This document shows, piece after piece, positions 1 through 14,608 of a stretch of DNA of 64,000 bases. The first letter of the stretch is position 1, and every line of letters starts with the position of its first letter. The stretch is from Macrostomum lignano (Eukaryota): NCBI GenBank assembly GCA_002269645.1, contig NIVC01002042.1:4374-68373 (forward strand), given 5' to 3'. A program made the position numbers and the translations under genes. The notes under the pieces are model-generated. The model made no database searches. It was not told the origin of the DNA and was given only the letters and a program-made list of their open reading frames with translations.

Positions 1-2503
1 ATTAAAAGTATATAAATTAGTCGAATTCAGCTACAGTTGCAAAATACCTATGGAACGTGAACTCCTGCACAGTATTCACTTTCTTTCTCAGAAAATAACT
101 CGGCAGTTGCTGCTACACCTGCCTTTATACTGTCTAGTTTTCTTTCTAAGAAAAGCTACATCACATCGAAGGGAGCCTCGATCGATATCTACGGAGCCAG
201 TGAGATGGCGGAGATGGAGAAGGAGGTCCCGAGTCGCATATTTTATATTTTAGATCCCGGAGATTTTGGGAGAGAAAATAGGCACTGGCACAGCCCGAGG
301 GTGGTGGCGTGAGAGTTGCGGCGCCAATTTCGATCGATTGGGGCACAGAGAGCGGTCTGCTGATCAGGAAGGGGAATTGAAGCGGAACTGCTAATTAATT
401 TGTGTGGCCAAAGTGGCCTGCCAAATTTGGGTAAAGGAGGCTAGAGAGAGGAAGGAAAGAAGAAAAGCGGAGCATGGAAGCTGGAGAGTTTGCGGGTCAG
501 ATTCTTTGAATCTATTTGTCCACTTTTATCTGCTCGGCTGACTATTTTGCACAATAAGTCAAGTCCTTCGCCAATCTGTAGAAAATAAAATATGATTTTA
601 TGAGTATCAATTATAGTAGAAGGACTCTGATGAGGCTATTTTTCATCTGACACCATTGAGTCCCTCCTGATTGTTAGCAATTGTGAGCGATAAGCCATCG
701 TCTATCGCCAATTGTACATTTCTGGACGCTCGTCCTGAGTTAAGCTACTGAAGTGATGCAGCGAATCAGGAAGCTGAGGACACCATAGAGGGTCAAATTG
801 GTGGATTAATTAACTAAAACAACTATTTCGGGTGACTAGCTGAGAGGTACATACTAGTAGTATGTGAATTCGATTTATTAATTGGAGGGTTCGCGAACGG
901 AAACTAGCCCGTAGCATGTCGCGCGATCACGCTCCACGATGACAAGACCTGAGACTGACCCTACCTAACCCTTATCCAAACCATATCCTAACCCTAACAA
1001 AAAGCACCCTGCGACTGACTAACAAATAAGCTACTAAAAATAATGCGTCCAAACCTACTAAAGTACATAAAGTACATCGTTAACAGCTCTGTTTTAAGAG
1101 CTTGATTTTAGACAGAGTGTTCCCGCAGCACTTGGCCTGCATTAGACGATATCACTAATAGCTGGTCAGTAGTGCTTTTCGTGCCCATAAACTGCCATGC
1201 ACCGACTTCGGGATGCGAATCGGGTAGGGGGGGGGGGGGCCCTCCGGCTCACTCAATCAGCTATAGAACTTTACCAGAGAGAAAGAACAGGATAGTTAGG
1301 GAAAATACTGCCAGCAAAGTCTGTGTCATGAAATCCCTCCCAATTTTTTAGAGCAACTCCGGACATCCCCTCGGCGGCTGCTGCCCTCCAATCGCGGGTG
1401 GTGTCTACTTCCTGCACACAAGCGCGCGGACACGGCGAGGGAGACTGTTCAGTCCGCAGATGCATTCGGCTCGGATAGAAAATGCTCGCATGAGTATGAA
1501 ATATGTCTCCACTCTTTTTCTCGTCTCTTCCGCTCTGGGCAGAGAGCGACTCTCGATGCCGGCTGCTACAGAATAAGCTCAAGCTCGAAGCTTATCCAGC
1601 TCTGGCAGCCGAGAGTGGACTGCGATCGGCGAGAGGAATGCACTTTAATGCACACTTTCCATCTGCAACCTCCTGCTGCCTAAGGGACCTGTACAACAAG
1701 CTTGATTTTGACCTCTTATTTTAAAAAGCCAAACATATTGTTATATATGCAATCATATCAACAAGTTCACGCCTTAAAGACAATATCGATAGTTTCTGCA
1801 AGCAGGGGCCTACCCCTACAGCCTCCTCTAACGGATAATCGTGAGCCTTATTACGAGGTAGAGCAGTTTCTAGCTTGGGAAATGTTAGGTTACTATAAAT
1901 AAACTTTGAAAGACTTAGTGTACGCAATGAACCGCTAAGTTTAGCTATATAGAAGCTAGTTGAGTCTGTTTATCTCCCCTGAAGAGAGTTAGTTATGCAT
2001 ATCAGAAAAGAGGTAGTCCAATCAACGGAAAACTGAAAGGACTTGCGGACTAGCGGACCGGCAACGCGCCTAAGTCTCGTGCCAAAGTAACCGGATTCGA
2101 TTCCACGCGTGGCCACATTAATTTGGAAATTGTTCACATCCTGCGTACGTAGGAGCGTATCAGTGTGCGTGTGCGAGCTTAGGGAAATGAACATATGTCT
2201 CCTCTCTGTGGCTTCAATTGACTTTGGCGTTGACAAAAAGCGTCGCTCTGTGACTCACTGACCCAACCAAGCGCTGGCTTTTAAGCGACAACACGCAGAC
2301 AGGGCGCATGCTAACAACAACGAAAGGTACATGTAGGCACACATGTAGGCCTCTAGAATCTCTTCAAATAACAGTAGTAAGTGAACAAAACAGACACGAC
2401 AAAAATAATCTAATAGGTGGAGAAATAATGAGTGTGTAATCTATTGTTTGAGACGAGGCTGCATGATACAAATGAATTATTATTATTATTTGCATATTTT
2501 TAC

Positions 2504-2537
2504 CCGAATCACTTCTGGGCAGGCGTAGTGCGGCGAG
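2504..2537 (-). CDS. BRSK2: BRSK/SAD-1 kinase, 34-nt coding exon 5; the gene continues beyond the left edge of the window
   Basis: Acceptor TTGCAG| and donor CGG|GTAAAA. Encodes (G)SPHYACPEVIR, the end of the activation segment. The next expected exon (GEKYDG...) was not found in 1-2500. Confidence 0.9.
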
Positions 2538-2650
2538 CTGCAAGAGTTTGCAATTCGTACATGATACAGACATCCTCATATCCTCATCCTCAGAGCACAG
2601 CTGAACAGGCCAAAATATCACGAAAAACAGACTTAAATTCACCAATGCAG

Positions 2651-3194
2651 CAAAGAACACACCTCTGAGAACAGATCCAACTCATCAGATGCATGACGGA
2701 ACACACCTCTGAGAACAGACCCAACTCATGCATCACAGAACACACCTCTGAGAACAGACCCAACTCATGCATCACAGAACACACCTCTGAGAACAGACCC
2801 ACTCATCAGATGCATCACAGAACACATCTCTGAGAACAGACCCAACTCATCAGATGCATCACAGAACACATCTCTGAGAACAGACCCAACTCATCAGAGG
2901 TTTCACAAAACACATCTCTGAGAACAGACCCAACTCATCAGATTTTTCATAGAACACACCTCTGAGAACAGATCCAACTCATCAGATGCATCACGGAACA
3001 TACCTCTGAGAACAGACCCAACTCATCAGATGCATCACAGAACACATCTCTGAGAACAGACCCAACTCATCAGAGGTTTCACAAAACACATCTCTGAGAA
3101 CAGACCCACTCATCAGATGCATCACAGAACACATCTCTGAGAACAGACCCAACTCATCAGATGCATCACAGAACACATCTCTGAGAACAGACCC
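2651..3194. repeat. Approximately 44-bp minisatellite filling most of BRSK intron 4
   Basis: Unit GAACAGACCCAACTCATCAGATGCATCACAGAACACATCTCTGA with variants. Confidence 0.9.
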
Positions 3195-3274
3195 TTGAAC
3201 TGAAAGCAATGATAGTTGCATTGGCCATCTGTGAGGAATATCAACAGCATCAAAAGAAGCTCGAGATGACTCAC

Positions 3275-3391
3275 CCGCAACTGGTCTCCAACATTGAGCC
3301 CTCCGGTTGCAGCGAAGCCATGCCAAAATCCGCCACCCGGATGTTGTGCTTCTCGTCCAATAGTAGATTCTCCGGCTTCAGATCGCGATGG
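3275..3391 (-). CDS. BRSK2: BRSK/SAD-1 kinase, coding exon 4
   Basis: Acceptor CATAG| and donor GG|GTGAGT, 117 nt. Encodes [38 protein letters not shown](G), the catalytic loop and DFG motif. Confidence 0.95.
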
Positions 3392-4348
3392 CTATGGTAA
3401 AACGGGTCAGACATGTAAAATGTAACATTGGGTCATCCGCCTCGATCTTGATTGCCCCTTCTCCCTTTCCCTGCCGATGCAAGCAATGCGTGCCCACCCA
3501 GCTGCGCCAGCTTGCGGCCTACAGCGAGATAAAAACGAATATCCATGTAGAAGGCAGTGGAAAGAGCAAAAATGCACTACGCTTGTACTACGAGCGTAGA
3601 AGTCAGCAATGGAAACCCATTTCTAAAGTGAACTCCCAGGTCAATCAGATTTCAACTTGGCTTTCCCTTCTTTCTTACTACTTTCCTTCTTCCACACCGC
3701 CTCTCTCTCTCTCATCAGCTCTGATTTATCCCATTGACTTTTTATCGCGCTTACACCGAAAAGAGAACCAGATAGAGAGATAGAATGAGGAAAGGGAAGG
3801 AGAGACAGAGCTCGCACCGCTGATTTTCTCTATTACATCTCGGCTGGTCGTCCGGGTTCCCTGCTCCTGCCCATCGCCCAGCTCCCAACCCCTAATTTCC
3901 TTTCTAAGCATCTCTAAAGCCCCTTTCCCAGCTTCATCCTTCTCCTCATCCCTCTGAGCCTTTCGCTTTCCTTTGCCTCCCCCCCCTCGACCGACCCCTC
4001 CCACCCCATTTCCAACAAGCCAGTCCGGCAAGTTTTAGCTGCCACTCCAGTTGAGCAACTCTAAACCAATTCTGCATCTGCGATTCGAATACACTAGTAT
4101 ATTCGAATAATATAACTATATATATACTTTGCATACACTAGACAGCATAGTAGCTCGTAAGTATAGTAAGCAGGCAGACAGAAATTCGATGCAAAACAAC
4201 TCAGACTCTATGCTAGCGTTTTTTATTTGCTGACTTGCACAATTGAACTTATCGAAACTGAATTTATCAACTAATGTAGCTTTATGCTTAGTCGGGGGAT
4301 ATACAAATTGTGAAAAAAGCATCATTTCATTTCCAACAAAGAGCCTCA

Positions 4349-4558
<210 letters not shown>

Positions 4559-4916
4559 CTACTACAGGGGTCGGCAAGCCTTTTTAATCTAAGGGCCTTG
4601 CTAATGAAAAGAGAAATAAGTCACAGAAATAAGTTTGCGAAACCTGAGCTACTATATTGTCGGCTGATTTTCCATGCAGGAATGGCATTCTTGCACTCTT
4701 TTGCGTGCAGGAATGGATGTCTATGGTAAAATCTCACTGAAAAAGCATTAGCGCAGAAATGCATTTCTGCACTGTTTTGTGCATCCCTGCACGATGAATA
4801 ATCCGACAATGGGATTCCTTCACGTTCACTCGTGCGTGAAGGACATCGTGAAATCGTGCGCTAGCGCGCACTCGTGCAGATGTCATTCCCGCACTCGTGA
4901 CCGTGCAGGAATCATT

Positions 4917-5527
4917 CAGTACCGTCGCCCCAGTTTCCGGCAGACCCCTGAGCTACTATAGTACCGTCGCCTCAGTTTCCGGCAGACCCCTGAGCTACTA
5001 TAGTACCGTCGCCTCAGTTTCCGGCAGACCCCTGAGCTACTATAGTACCGTCGCCTCAGTTTCCGGCAGACCCCTGAGCTACTATAGTACCGTCGCCTCA
5101 GTTTCCGGCAGACCCCTGAGCTACTATAGTACCGTCGCCTCAGTTTCCGGCAGACCCCTGAGCTACTATAGTACCGTCGCCTCAGTTTCCGGCAGACCCC
5201 TGAGCTACTATCGTACCGTCGCCTCAGTTTCCGGCAGACCCCTGAGCTACTATAGTACCGTCGCCTCAGTTTCCGGCAGACCCCTGAGCTACTATAGTAC
5301 CGTCGCCTCAGTTTCCGGCAGACCCCTGAGCTACTATAGTACCGTCGCCTCAGTTTCCGGCAGACCCCTGAGCTACTATAGTACCGTCGCCTCAGTTTCC
5401 GGCAGACCCCTGAGCTACTATAGTACCGTCGCCTCAGTTTCCGGCAGACCCCTGAGCTACTATAGTACCGTCGCCTCAGTTTCCGGCAGACCCCTGAGCT
5501 ACTATAGTACCGTCGCCCCAGTTTCCG
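4917..5527. repeat. 42-bp minisatellite (about 14 copies) in BRSK intron 2
   Basis: Unit AGTACCGTCGCCTCAGTTTCCGGCAGACCCCTGAGCTACTAT, with near-identical copies. Confidence 0.95.
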
Positions 5528-7636
5528 ATTGTCTCTTGTTTCTGTTTGTTAAAAGTCCAGAAGGAGCTAATATTCATTGCAGGGAGTAGCTCAGGGCCAA
5601 CTTCAACTATTTCAGAGCTACTGATTCTGGACTGCATGCAAGTTTGCGGGCACCAGACGCCTACTAAAACAAAATAATATAAAAGTACACTAAAGCAATT
5701 TGTGAATTTTCCCATCGCGCGAAATATTGCCGAATCCTAGGAGAATAGATTGCTATATAATTAGCTAATTATTGCAAATAGTTTACAGGGATTTGGGGCG
5801 CACCTGCCGCTTCAAACAGCAGCAGTTCAGGGCGCTAACACACCTTTTCTGCAGTTGGCCAAATTGGCGGGAGCCGCTGAATACGCGCAGCCCCTGAAAT
5901 CTGATGAAAGCGCCGCGAAAATTGCAAAGGCAAAAAAGGGGTCCAGGGCATGGAGCTCTAAACATAGCTGTCTAGAATGGAAACTGCTTGAAAGAGAAAT
6001 TTGTGTCTGCAATCCATTGAACTCGCGTGTAATCTTTGATACACAGGTGAACCTACCAGGACCACTGTAGTATAACAAGACGGAAAACTCAAAGATCGTG
6101 CAATTTTTTAGGAAGCCACGATTTCCTGGAAAAAATACACTGCAGAGATAGGAAAAAAATAATTTTCATTACAAAATCAATGACTGCATTTGATCTTGGG
6201 CAGTGAAGATTCTCATTTATTTAATTTAGCATACAGGTACTCTTAGCCTTAAGCTAGGTCTTTGTTTAAAAATGGATAACTTTCAAAAGACAACAGAGTA
6301 TGAATAATGATATTGGTAAACATTGTCTACATTCAATCATTTATCATTGATCTGGTGATTAAAAATGACTGTTTCCTATCTCCGCAGTGTATTTTTTCCA
6401 TAAATTGGTCTCCTAAAAAGTACAAGATTTTTTAGTTTCACGTCCTGTTATACTAACAGTGGTCCTTGGTACCGTAGTCATTGTAACCACTCTAAGTTTC
6501 AATTCCAGATGCCCTATTTAGAAATCCATGAACTGTGAGGGCAAAGGGGTGGTTGCTTATCCCAGGTTGAACACAGGTGCAAGCTGATTCGCGATGGGGC
6601 TTTCGCAGCTGCAAACTGCGAGGCGGGAGGAGAGGGGAAGAGGGCGGGAAAGGGAGGTTGCGGCCTTCTGGCAAAGGCGTCAGCAGCAGCAGCAGCATCA
6701 TCATCTCTGTTGCAGAGCCTCCCTGCCGATGGGCACATACAGGTATTTTTGAACGTTATCTGTATATTATGATGGGAAAGAAGAAATAATAGTCCGGGAG
6801 GGAAACACCCACGCATACTTTCTCTGCATCACTCCAGGCTGCACTGGGAGGCAGGCTGACTCAAATTTGAGACATGCAGACGGCTAATCAACCGCTGCAC
6901 GGAGGCCTATTTCGGTTGTCCTTGAACGGGGCCTGCTGCATCGGCTCGGCTATTGCCTTGCAAAAGCACACACTAAGCTGTTTCAAACCGTTATATAACC
7001 GTAAATTAGCTGTGAAAATAGCTTGGCCAGTTCTTGTTGCTTCACAGTTCAAGTGACTGACGCTTTGTGTGGATAATGGCGCACTAAATTTGGAAACGGT
7101 TGGAAAATGGCTAAAGAAAATAACAGGCCTGGACTTATTGCAAGCCCCAACGGTGTGTAATTGACGCTTCGTTAAAAAGTGCATTTCAATTCAACCCTGA
7201 CTGAGCGTGAAGACAGGTCAACGATGCCCAGGTGTGTCGCAGGCCGCGCACGGCAGTCGCCCTGCCAAACAAACCTGAAGAAAACTGCTTGAAGAAAAAC
7301 TTTTTAAGACGATAAGTTGAGCTGCTAATTCTGCTGGGATTAGTCGGGAATTGAAGGCCTCTAAGTTTTCGACTTAATTAGTACACGATGCAAATGCAAG
7401 GTAACACAAGCCAGTGTAGCTCTAATACGGAAAGAACTACAATGACTATTTCTCCCTAAGGCCTTGCTGTCTCATTAAGCAAACATGGGTGACCAATGTT
7501 CCATGAAAATGTTGAGTTTTTGTTCAATGACTTTTGAGCATGCTTTTCGATGTTGCTGGTTAATGAGCTAACTCATTGGCAACTGCATAAACCTCAAAAT
7601 TACATAATCCAATAGCACCAAAACAGGAGCACTTAC

Positions 7637-7817
7637 AGAAACTTTTTATTATCATAAACATCGAACAGGCCGAGAACATTTGGGTGCTCGATCAGCTTCA
7701 TGATGGCGATCTCGCGTTCAACTTTCTGCAGCACGCTTTCAGAGAGCTTCTCTCGGTTCACAATCTTGATGGCCACCTTTCTGTTGGTGATGCAGTGAAC
7801 TCCCAGCTTCACCAGAC
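7637..7817 (-). CDS. BRSK2: BRSK/SAD-1 kinase, coding exon 2
   Basis: Acceptor TACAG| and donor CT|GTAAGT, 181 nt. Encodes (G)[59 protein letters not shown](L), with the VAIK lysine and the alphaC glutamate. Phase 1 in, phase 2 out. Not in the ORF track. Confidence 0.95.
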
Positions 7818-8751
7818 CTGTATTGGCGATTCAAAATGCAAAATGCCTTTCTTCTTGCAATTACTCGCAATTATTTCAACTCAAAGATTATTTAAAACTT
7901 CAGGATACTTTTTCGCTAATTTTATTTATAAATTATGTGTGAGCTAATTTAGAGGCCAATTATGATTTTTGAATTAATTTTATGTGGTATTTTGCCAATG
8001 AAAAATTGCAGAATACTATTATTAAGATAGCAATTGGTGGCTTTGTACCAAAAAGTACATTTCATATTTAACATTTGACAGTTTTTATATTTCCCCATTA
8101 TTGGAAATTTCAAGGGGAATTTCCTTCTTCCTTGTTTTTCAGACTTTTTAAGTAAATATCTAAGTTTTCGACTTAATTTACAATAAATCATAATTTGCTA
8201 TCATTTTTATATGTGCAGCAATTGTTTATCAAAACCACATGGCTTTAAACAAACAAGAACGTACTTTGGATCTTTTTACTTTTGACTTGAAAAGATAAAA
8301 AGTTTTATTCCATTAAAAGCAGCCAGAGTGCTAAAAATGACAAAATTGTCATACTTAGGAGTTAAGTTAAAATTTTACTTTAAAATTAGTTTAAGTGTCT
8401 AATCAGCTCCTAATGTGTTATAAAAAATCAATGCACAAAGCATAAAAATTGAAGTAGTATTTGTAGAAACATAATAGGAGCTTGCTTTAGTAAGACATTT
8501 TAATGGCCCGAGCATATGATGTATTAGAATATTTAGGATCTTTTAAGTTTTATCTTAACAAAGTCTTTTAATAAATATACTTTGATTATTAGAATAAACT
8601 TTTACACATCGAAAATGATTTAAAACATCGGCATAAAGTAAAAACAGCCGCGACTTAGAAAAGGTCACAAATATTTCTAGAGGTATAATTTTTAGTATAT
8701 TGGATATATTCTTTAGACTTTTATATTTACACAAGAATGCTTTTCTGTTAC

Positions 8752-8887
8752 CTGTTTGTCCTTTTCCTAGCGTCTTTTCCAATCTATACGGTCCAATATA
8801 TTGCTCCTCTTTTGGTGTATGATTCGAAACCATTTTATTGTTAGCATTTTTTCTATTAGAATTATTATTATTGATATTATCTTTCAT
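8752..8887 (-). CDS. BRSK2: BRSK/SAD-1 family Ser/Thr kinase, coding exon 1
   Basis: ATG at 8887. Encodes MKDNINNN...EEQYIGPYRLEKTLGKGQT(G), the N-terminal kinase motif of BRSK/SAD-1. Ends in phase 1 at donor G|GTAACAG. The rest of ORF 8555..8887 is intron read-through. Confidence 0.9.
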
Positions 8888-10625
8888 GATGGGGCATGAT
8901 TGACCAGGAAAAATCTAAATCACATCATACGCATTGAAAGCATTCTATAAATAAATACGATTCAAAATAAAAAACCAAGACTCCTTTTTCAAGATATGAG
9001 TCAATCTGCCGCTTAGGATAATGCAAAATATACAAAAATTTACAACACAAAGTGATAACTTAAATGTGCGCGTCATGCATCTTCGAATCAAAACCGCAGT
9101 AAAATAAATACTTAAAGTGTGTACTTATACAAAAGCAAAAAGAATATTGTAAAAAGAATCTACCGTTTGAAAATTGTTTTTCGTTTCCCACAGAATATAT
9201 CAATTGCCTTTTGCAACAGTTTTCGTTATTAAACTTAAAACTTTGAAGTTTGTTCTATATCTTTGAACAATGTGAATTCTTGGCATCTTAATGCGTTTTA
9301 AAATTTCTGAAAAATTAAGAAAAAGAAAGACTTGTAATATCTTGTAAACTACGAATATTTCAGTATCAAATTTTTCACTCACTGACTGAATGTTGGCTGG
9401 CAAAGGTCAGCTGGCAAACATCGGCTGGCAAACGTCCCGCAGGCAAACGTCAGCTGGCAAACGTCCCGCAGGCAAACGTCGCTATCCCTATATGTACTCT
9501 AGCTATCATTTTTAATATAGTGCAGTTATCCTTTTACTAAGCACTATAACAATTAATCGGAGAATTCATGCGGTTCATTTTCACAGAAACGCTTCGTGCG
9601 CTTCAAATCAGGAATTTTTTTAAACATACATGTATAATTCCAAATGCACATTACGTACGTACATGTATTTTTGTACTAAAGAAACAAATTCTTTTTTTAT
9701 TTCGTCTCTGGCCTGTACGAGTGTGCGAGCTAAAGTTGTAAAGTCAAATAATAATATAAACCGATTCATTTTGACTCCTATGACACATACATGTACGAGT
9801 ATTTCTGCTAAAAATAGCGTGGGCTCATTGAAGTTGATTGCTGTGAAAGAAGCACGAAAGAAATTTACAAAACATATGCAAACTATAATATGTATGCATA
9901 AAAGCGATTTAGTGTTTCGGGTCTATACTATAATTTAACAATAGGAATTGTATATTTAGACAGCATTACAAGCATGAAGGTATTTTTCCTTCAAAGATAT
10001 TTTTTTAATTTTTCTAAAGTAACTGCATTAGCATCAGTATACCTGCGACTCAGTAGATGCTGAGTGTTAATACACAGATAAAATATGCATAGCTATGCAA
10101 ATATACGTTATTTTGGGGTTTAATCTAAGGAAAAATAAATAGAAAATAGAAAAATCTCTTGAGTGTCGGCTTTCGCTAAATGAACTGCAATTTTTATAAA
10201 ATAAATATCAGCTGCAGAAATAATAATATCGCAATGGAACAAAGAGCAATTCATAACCTACCTGACAGATTCGTTAGCAGAAAAATTAAAAACAACCTTT
10301 ACTATATAGGTAACAATTAAAGTAAGTTAGATTTCAGTCTTCAGAAATTAAGAGGCAATTTCCATATAAAATATAAAAAATAACAAAGTCAAGAGTTGTA
10401 CATAATAGACAAAAATACTAAATTGCTGGTTTAATTGACACACTCGTGTATCACAGTTCAGGGATGATGGACAAAAATTCATAAAATATAACTGCCACGT
10501 TACCAAAACAACAATAAATACTTGAGTTTTTTCCATTAACCTTTTTTCATAAAAATCCAAAACTGAATGGTTTGCCGCGGCGAAGCCCAATCTGTATGAT
10601 CCTGTCAAATCCCGTTTGTCGAAAT

Positions 10626-10795
10626 TCAACCAACTCGAACTGCCAGACGCTTTAGAAACGAGTTGATGTCGACTCGGCCGCTGCTGCCGCGAGTGGCGTT
10701 CAGGGCGGCCTGCACCGAGGTCTGGTCCAGCGCCAGCTGGTAGTCCCGGTTGTACCTGTCCACCAGTTTGCGCACCTGGTCTTCGGCTAGGAAGC
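10626..10795 (-). CDS. C1orf87: C1orf87-like protein, last coding exon
   Basis: Acceptor TTTCCAG|, phase 1. Encodes (G)FLAEDQVRKLVDRYNRDYQLALDQTSVQAALNATRGSSGRVDINSFLKRLAVRVG-TGA. Resembles the recalled human C-terminus VLEKERARRLIHNYNLIYNLSLSPQKIDQAL. Confidence 0.75.
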
Positions 10796-10810
10796 CTGGA
10801 AATATAAGAA

Positions 10811-12752
<1,942 letters not shown>

Positions 12753-12775
12753 GCTCATCTATGAGCCATGCTCAC

Positions 12776-13557
12776 CGCGGGAGTCGTTGTCGTGGCGATA
12801 GAGCGCGTCGGCCAGTTTCATAAACCGGTTGAACCATGGCTCGGCAATCACCTGCTGATTTGGCAGTGGCCTCTGGGTACTCGGCGGCGGCGGCAGGTCG
12901 CGCTGGCTCAGAATCGGCTGCTGCGGCGGCGGCGGAGGCGGCGGCGGCGGAGGCGACGTGCGGTACAGCGGCTCCTGCATGGGCGGCAGAATTGGCGGCG
13001 GAGGAGGCGGCGGTGGCGGCGGAGGAGGCGGTGGCGCAGCTCGCTGCTGCTGCTGGTACCGCACGACGCTCTCGCTGGCCGAGGTCTCGGCGTGAGGCCA
13101 GGAGGGCGCCGGCTGCGGATAGTGGCGCGCAAACTCGATGGGCTTCTTTGATGAGGGAATTCGGAGCCCGGTGTTCTGCGGAGTCATTCGCTCCAGGAAC
13201 TGCAGGAACTGCTCCCAGTCGTACTGGCCGCCCCCGCGGTGCCTGCACAGCGAGATCACATTGTCCAGCACGTGCTCGCGCATGGGGATTCGGAAGTCCC
13301 AGACTAGCTGCTTCAGCTGTTCCCGGCTAAGGGTGCCTCTGAGCAGCCGGTCGGCCCGCTGGAAGGCCAGTCGGAGAGTCTCAAAGTTCACCGGCCGGTC
13401 GATGGTGGCCAGCTCGGCCTCGAGTTGGCGCAGGATGCGCGGCAAGTCGCGGTCAGTCAGAACTCCGCCGCTGCCGCCACCGCCGCCGCCTCCACCTGCT
13501 CCGCCGCTGCTCCCGATGTCCGCCATTGGCGCCCGTTGTGTGCCCTGGGTTGGCGGG
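12776..13557 (-). CDS. C1orf87: C1orf87-like protein, large exon (EF-hand-like repeat, poly-Gly and poly-Pro tracts)
   Basis: Acceptor CTTCCAG| (phase 2) and donor CGCG|GTGAGC (phase 1), 782 nt. VNFETLRLAFQRADRLLRGTL resembles the recalled human NIDNLNLSFRKEDRSFSGCL. EPWFNRFMKLADALYRHD resembles ETWIDRFRKLENALYLCD. Confidence 0.8.
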
Positions 13558-13621
13558 CTGGAAGGCGGGCAAATTTAGCTACAGTCCGGCTGAATTCTGT
13601 CCCAAAAGTTCACTGAATGCT

Positions 13622-14471
13622 TGCTCTAGCTCCTCAGTACCTAGCCCCCTGTGGGGGCGGCAAGAGCGTAGCTGCTGGTCATTCAAAGTGGACTAGACAT
13701 CCTTGAACCGTTGGATCGACCCTTAATCGATCCAACGATTAAGTGTGTCGTGACCAGGAGCCCGTAAAAGGGCCGTTCGTCTAACTAACCTTTTCTTACT
13801 TTTTCTTACTACCCTACTTTAAGTAGTGCAGTTAATAAATTATTCGTCTATTGTATTGTAAAACGTATTTTTAATCACGTGACATTTTGGCGGTTGAATT
13901 TATCGATCGTGTAACAATTTACTGTTAAATATCAAATATAAGCGCGGGTTGCCCTAAGTGGAGCTCGCACTCTTTTTCCGGCAAAGTCTTACCTGCCACG
14001 GACTCGTGTTTCCTGTGTTAGTCTGCTGAGACACCACAGACCCTTAAATAGCTGTTTTCTTAATGCTCTTCTCACTATGGATTGAGAAAAAGATGATTGG
14101 CAATTTTGGCTCCACTCCATCCTGCAGACCACAGGGTGAAATCTTGACTCCGCTGACTCTCAAGGCATGGAATAAGCAAGCGCTGGAGCCACTAGATCTG
14201 ATCAGAAATTTACTGGTTTCATCCATTAACGTTTCCATATCTTTCTGACGAATTTAAAGTAAACTTTTGCAAAAAAAGTGATGATGAAAAAGGACACAAC
14301 AGACATTCGAGGTTGTGTAACACTAGTACTGAACTTCCTTCACATTTCCTGGTGTAACTCTTAACCGAAATCAGATAAAGAGGAAATTCAAATGACAAGT
14401 TTTTTTAAAAGATTATCTTGCGTTTGACACCTAAATATAAAAATTGGTCAAGGTACTGAGGAGCTAGAGCA
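13622..14471. repeat. Perfect 21-bp inverted repeat pair about 810 bp apart
   Basis: TGCTCTAGCTCCTCAGTACCT (13622-13642) and AGGTACTGAGGAGCTAGAGCA (14451-14471). Confidence 0.9.
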
Positions 14472-14608
14472 GCGTCCTCTTTCCAGTTGATCTATACTGC
14501 TTGTTCAGACATTTGCCCTGAATAGACTTATGCCTTGCAACTCCCACTATATTGCAAGACGAATCTAATAGCAACGCAAACACTGGTTGCTAGGCAACAG
14601 CAACTCAC

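Noticed and set aside
955-1000. CCTAACCCT-like telomeric motifs
   Set aside because: The motifs are short and degenerate, and no element boundaries could be defined.
4897-5589. 230-aa repeat ORF and CRISPR-like look of the 42-, 30- and 83-bp arrays
   Set aside because: Units abut directly with no unique spacers, there are no cas genes, and the context is eukaryotic introns.
4565-5655. Possible degenerate hAT MITE (CAGGGGTCGGCAAGC... AAGTTTGCGGGCACCAG) around the 42-bp array
   Set aside because: The right end is too diverged and there is no TSD.
6125-6160. AAAATACACTGCAGAGATAGG match to the Helitron-unit interior (near 22857)
   Set aside because: The match is only about 20 bp, too short to call a copy.
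13985-14000. U1 snRNA-like CTTACCTG
   Set aside because: The rest of U1 is absent. It is the reverse complement of a splice donor.
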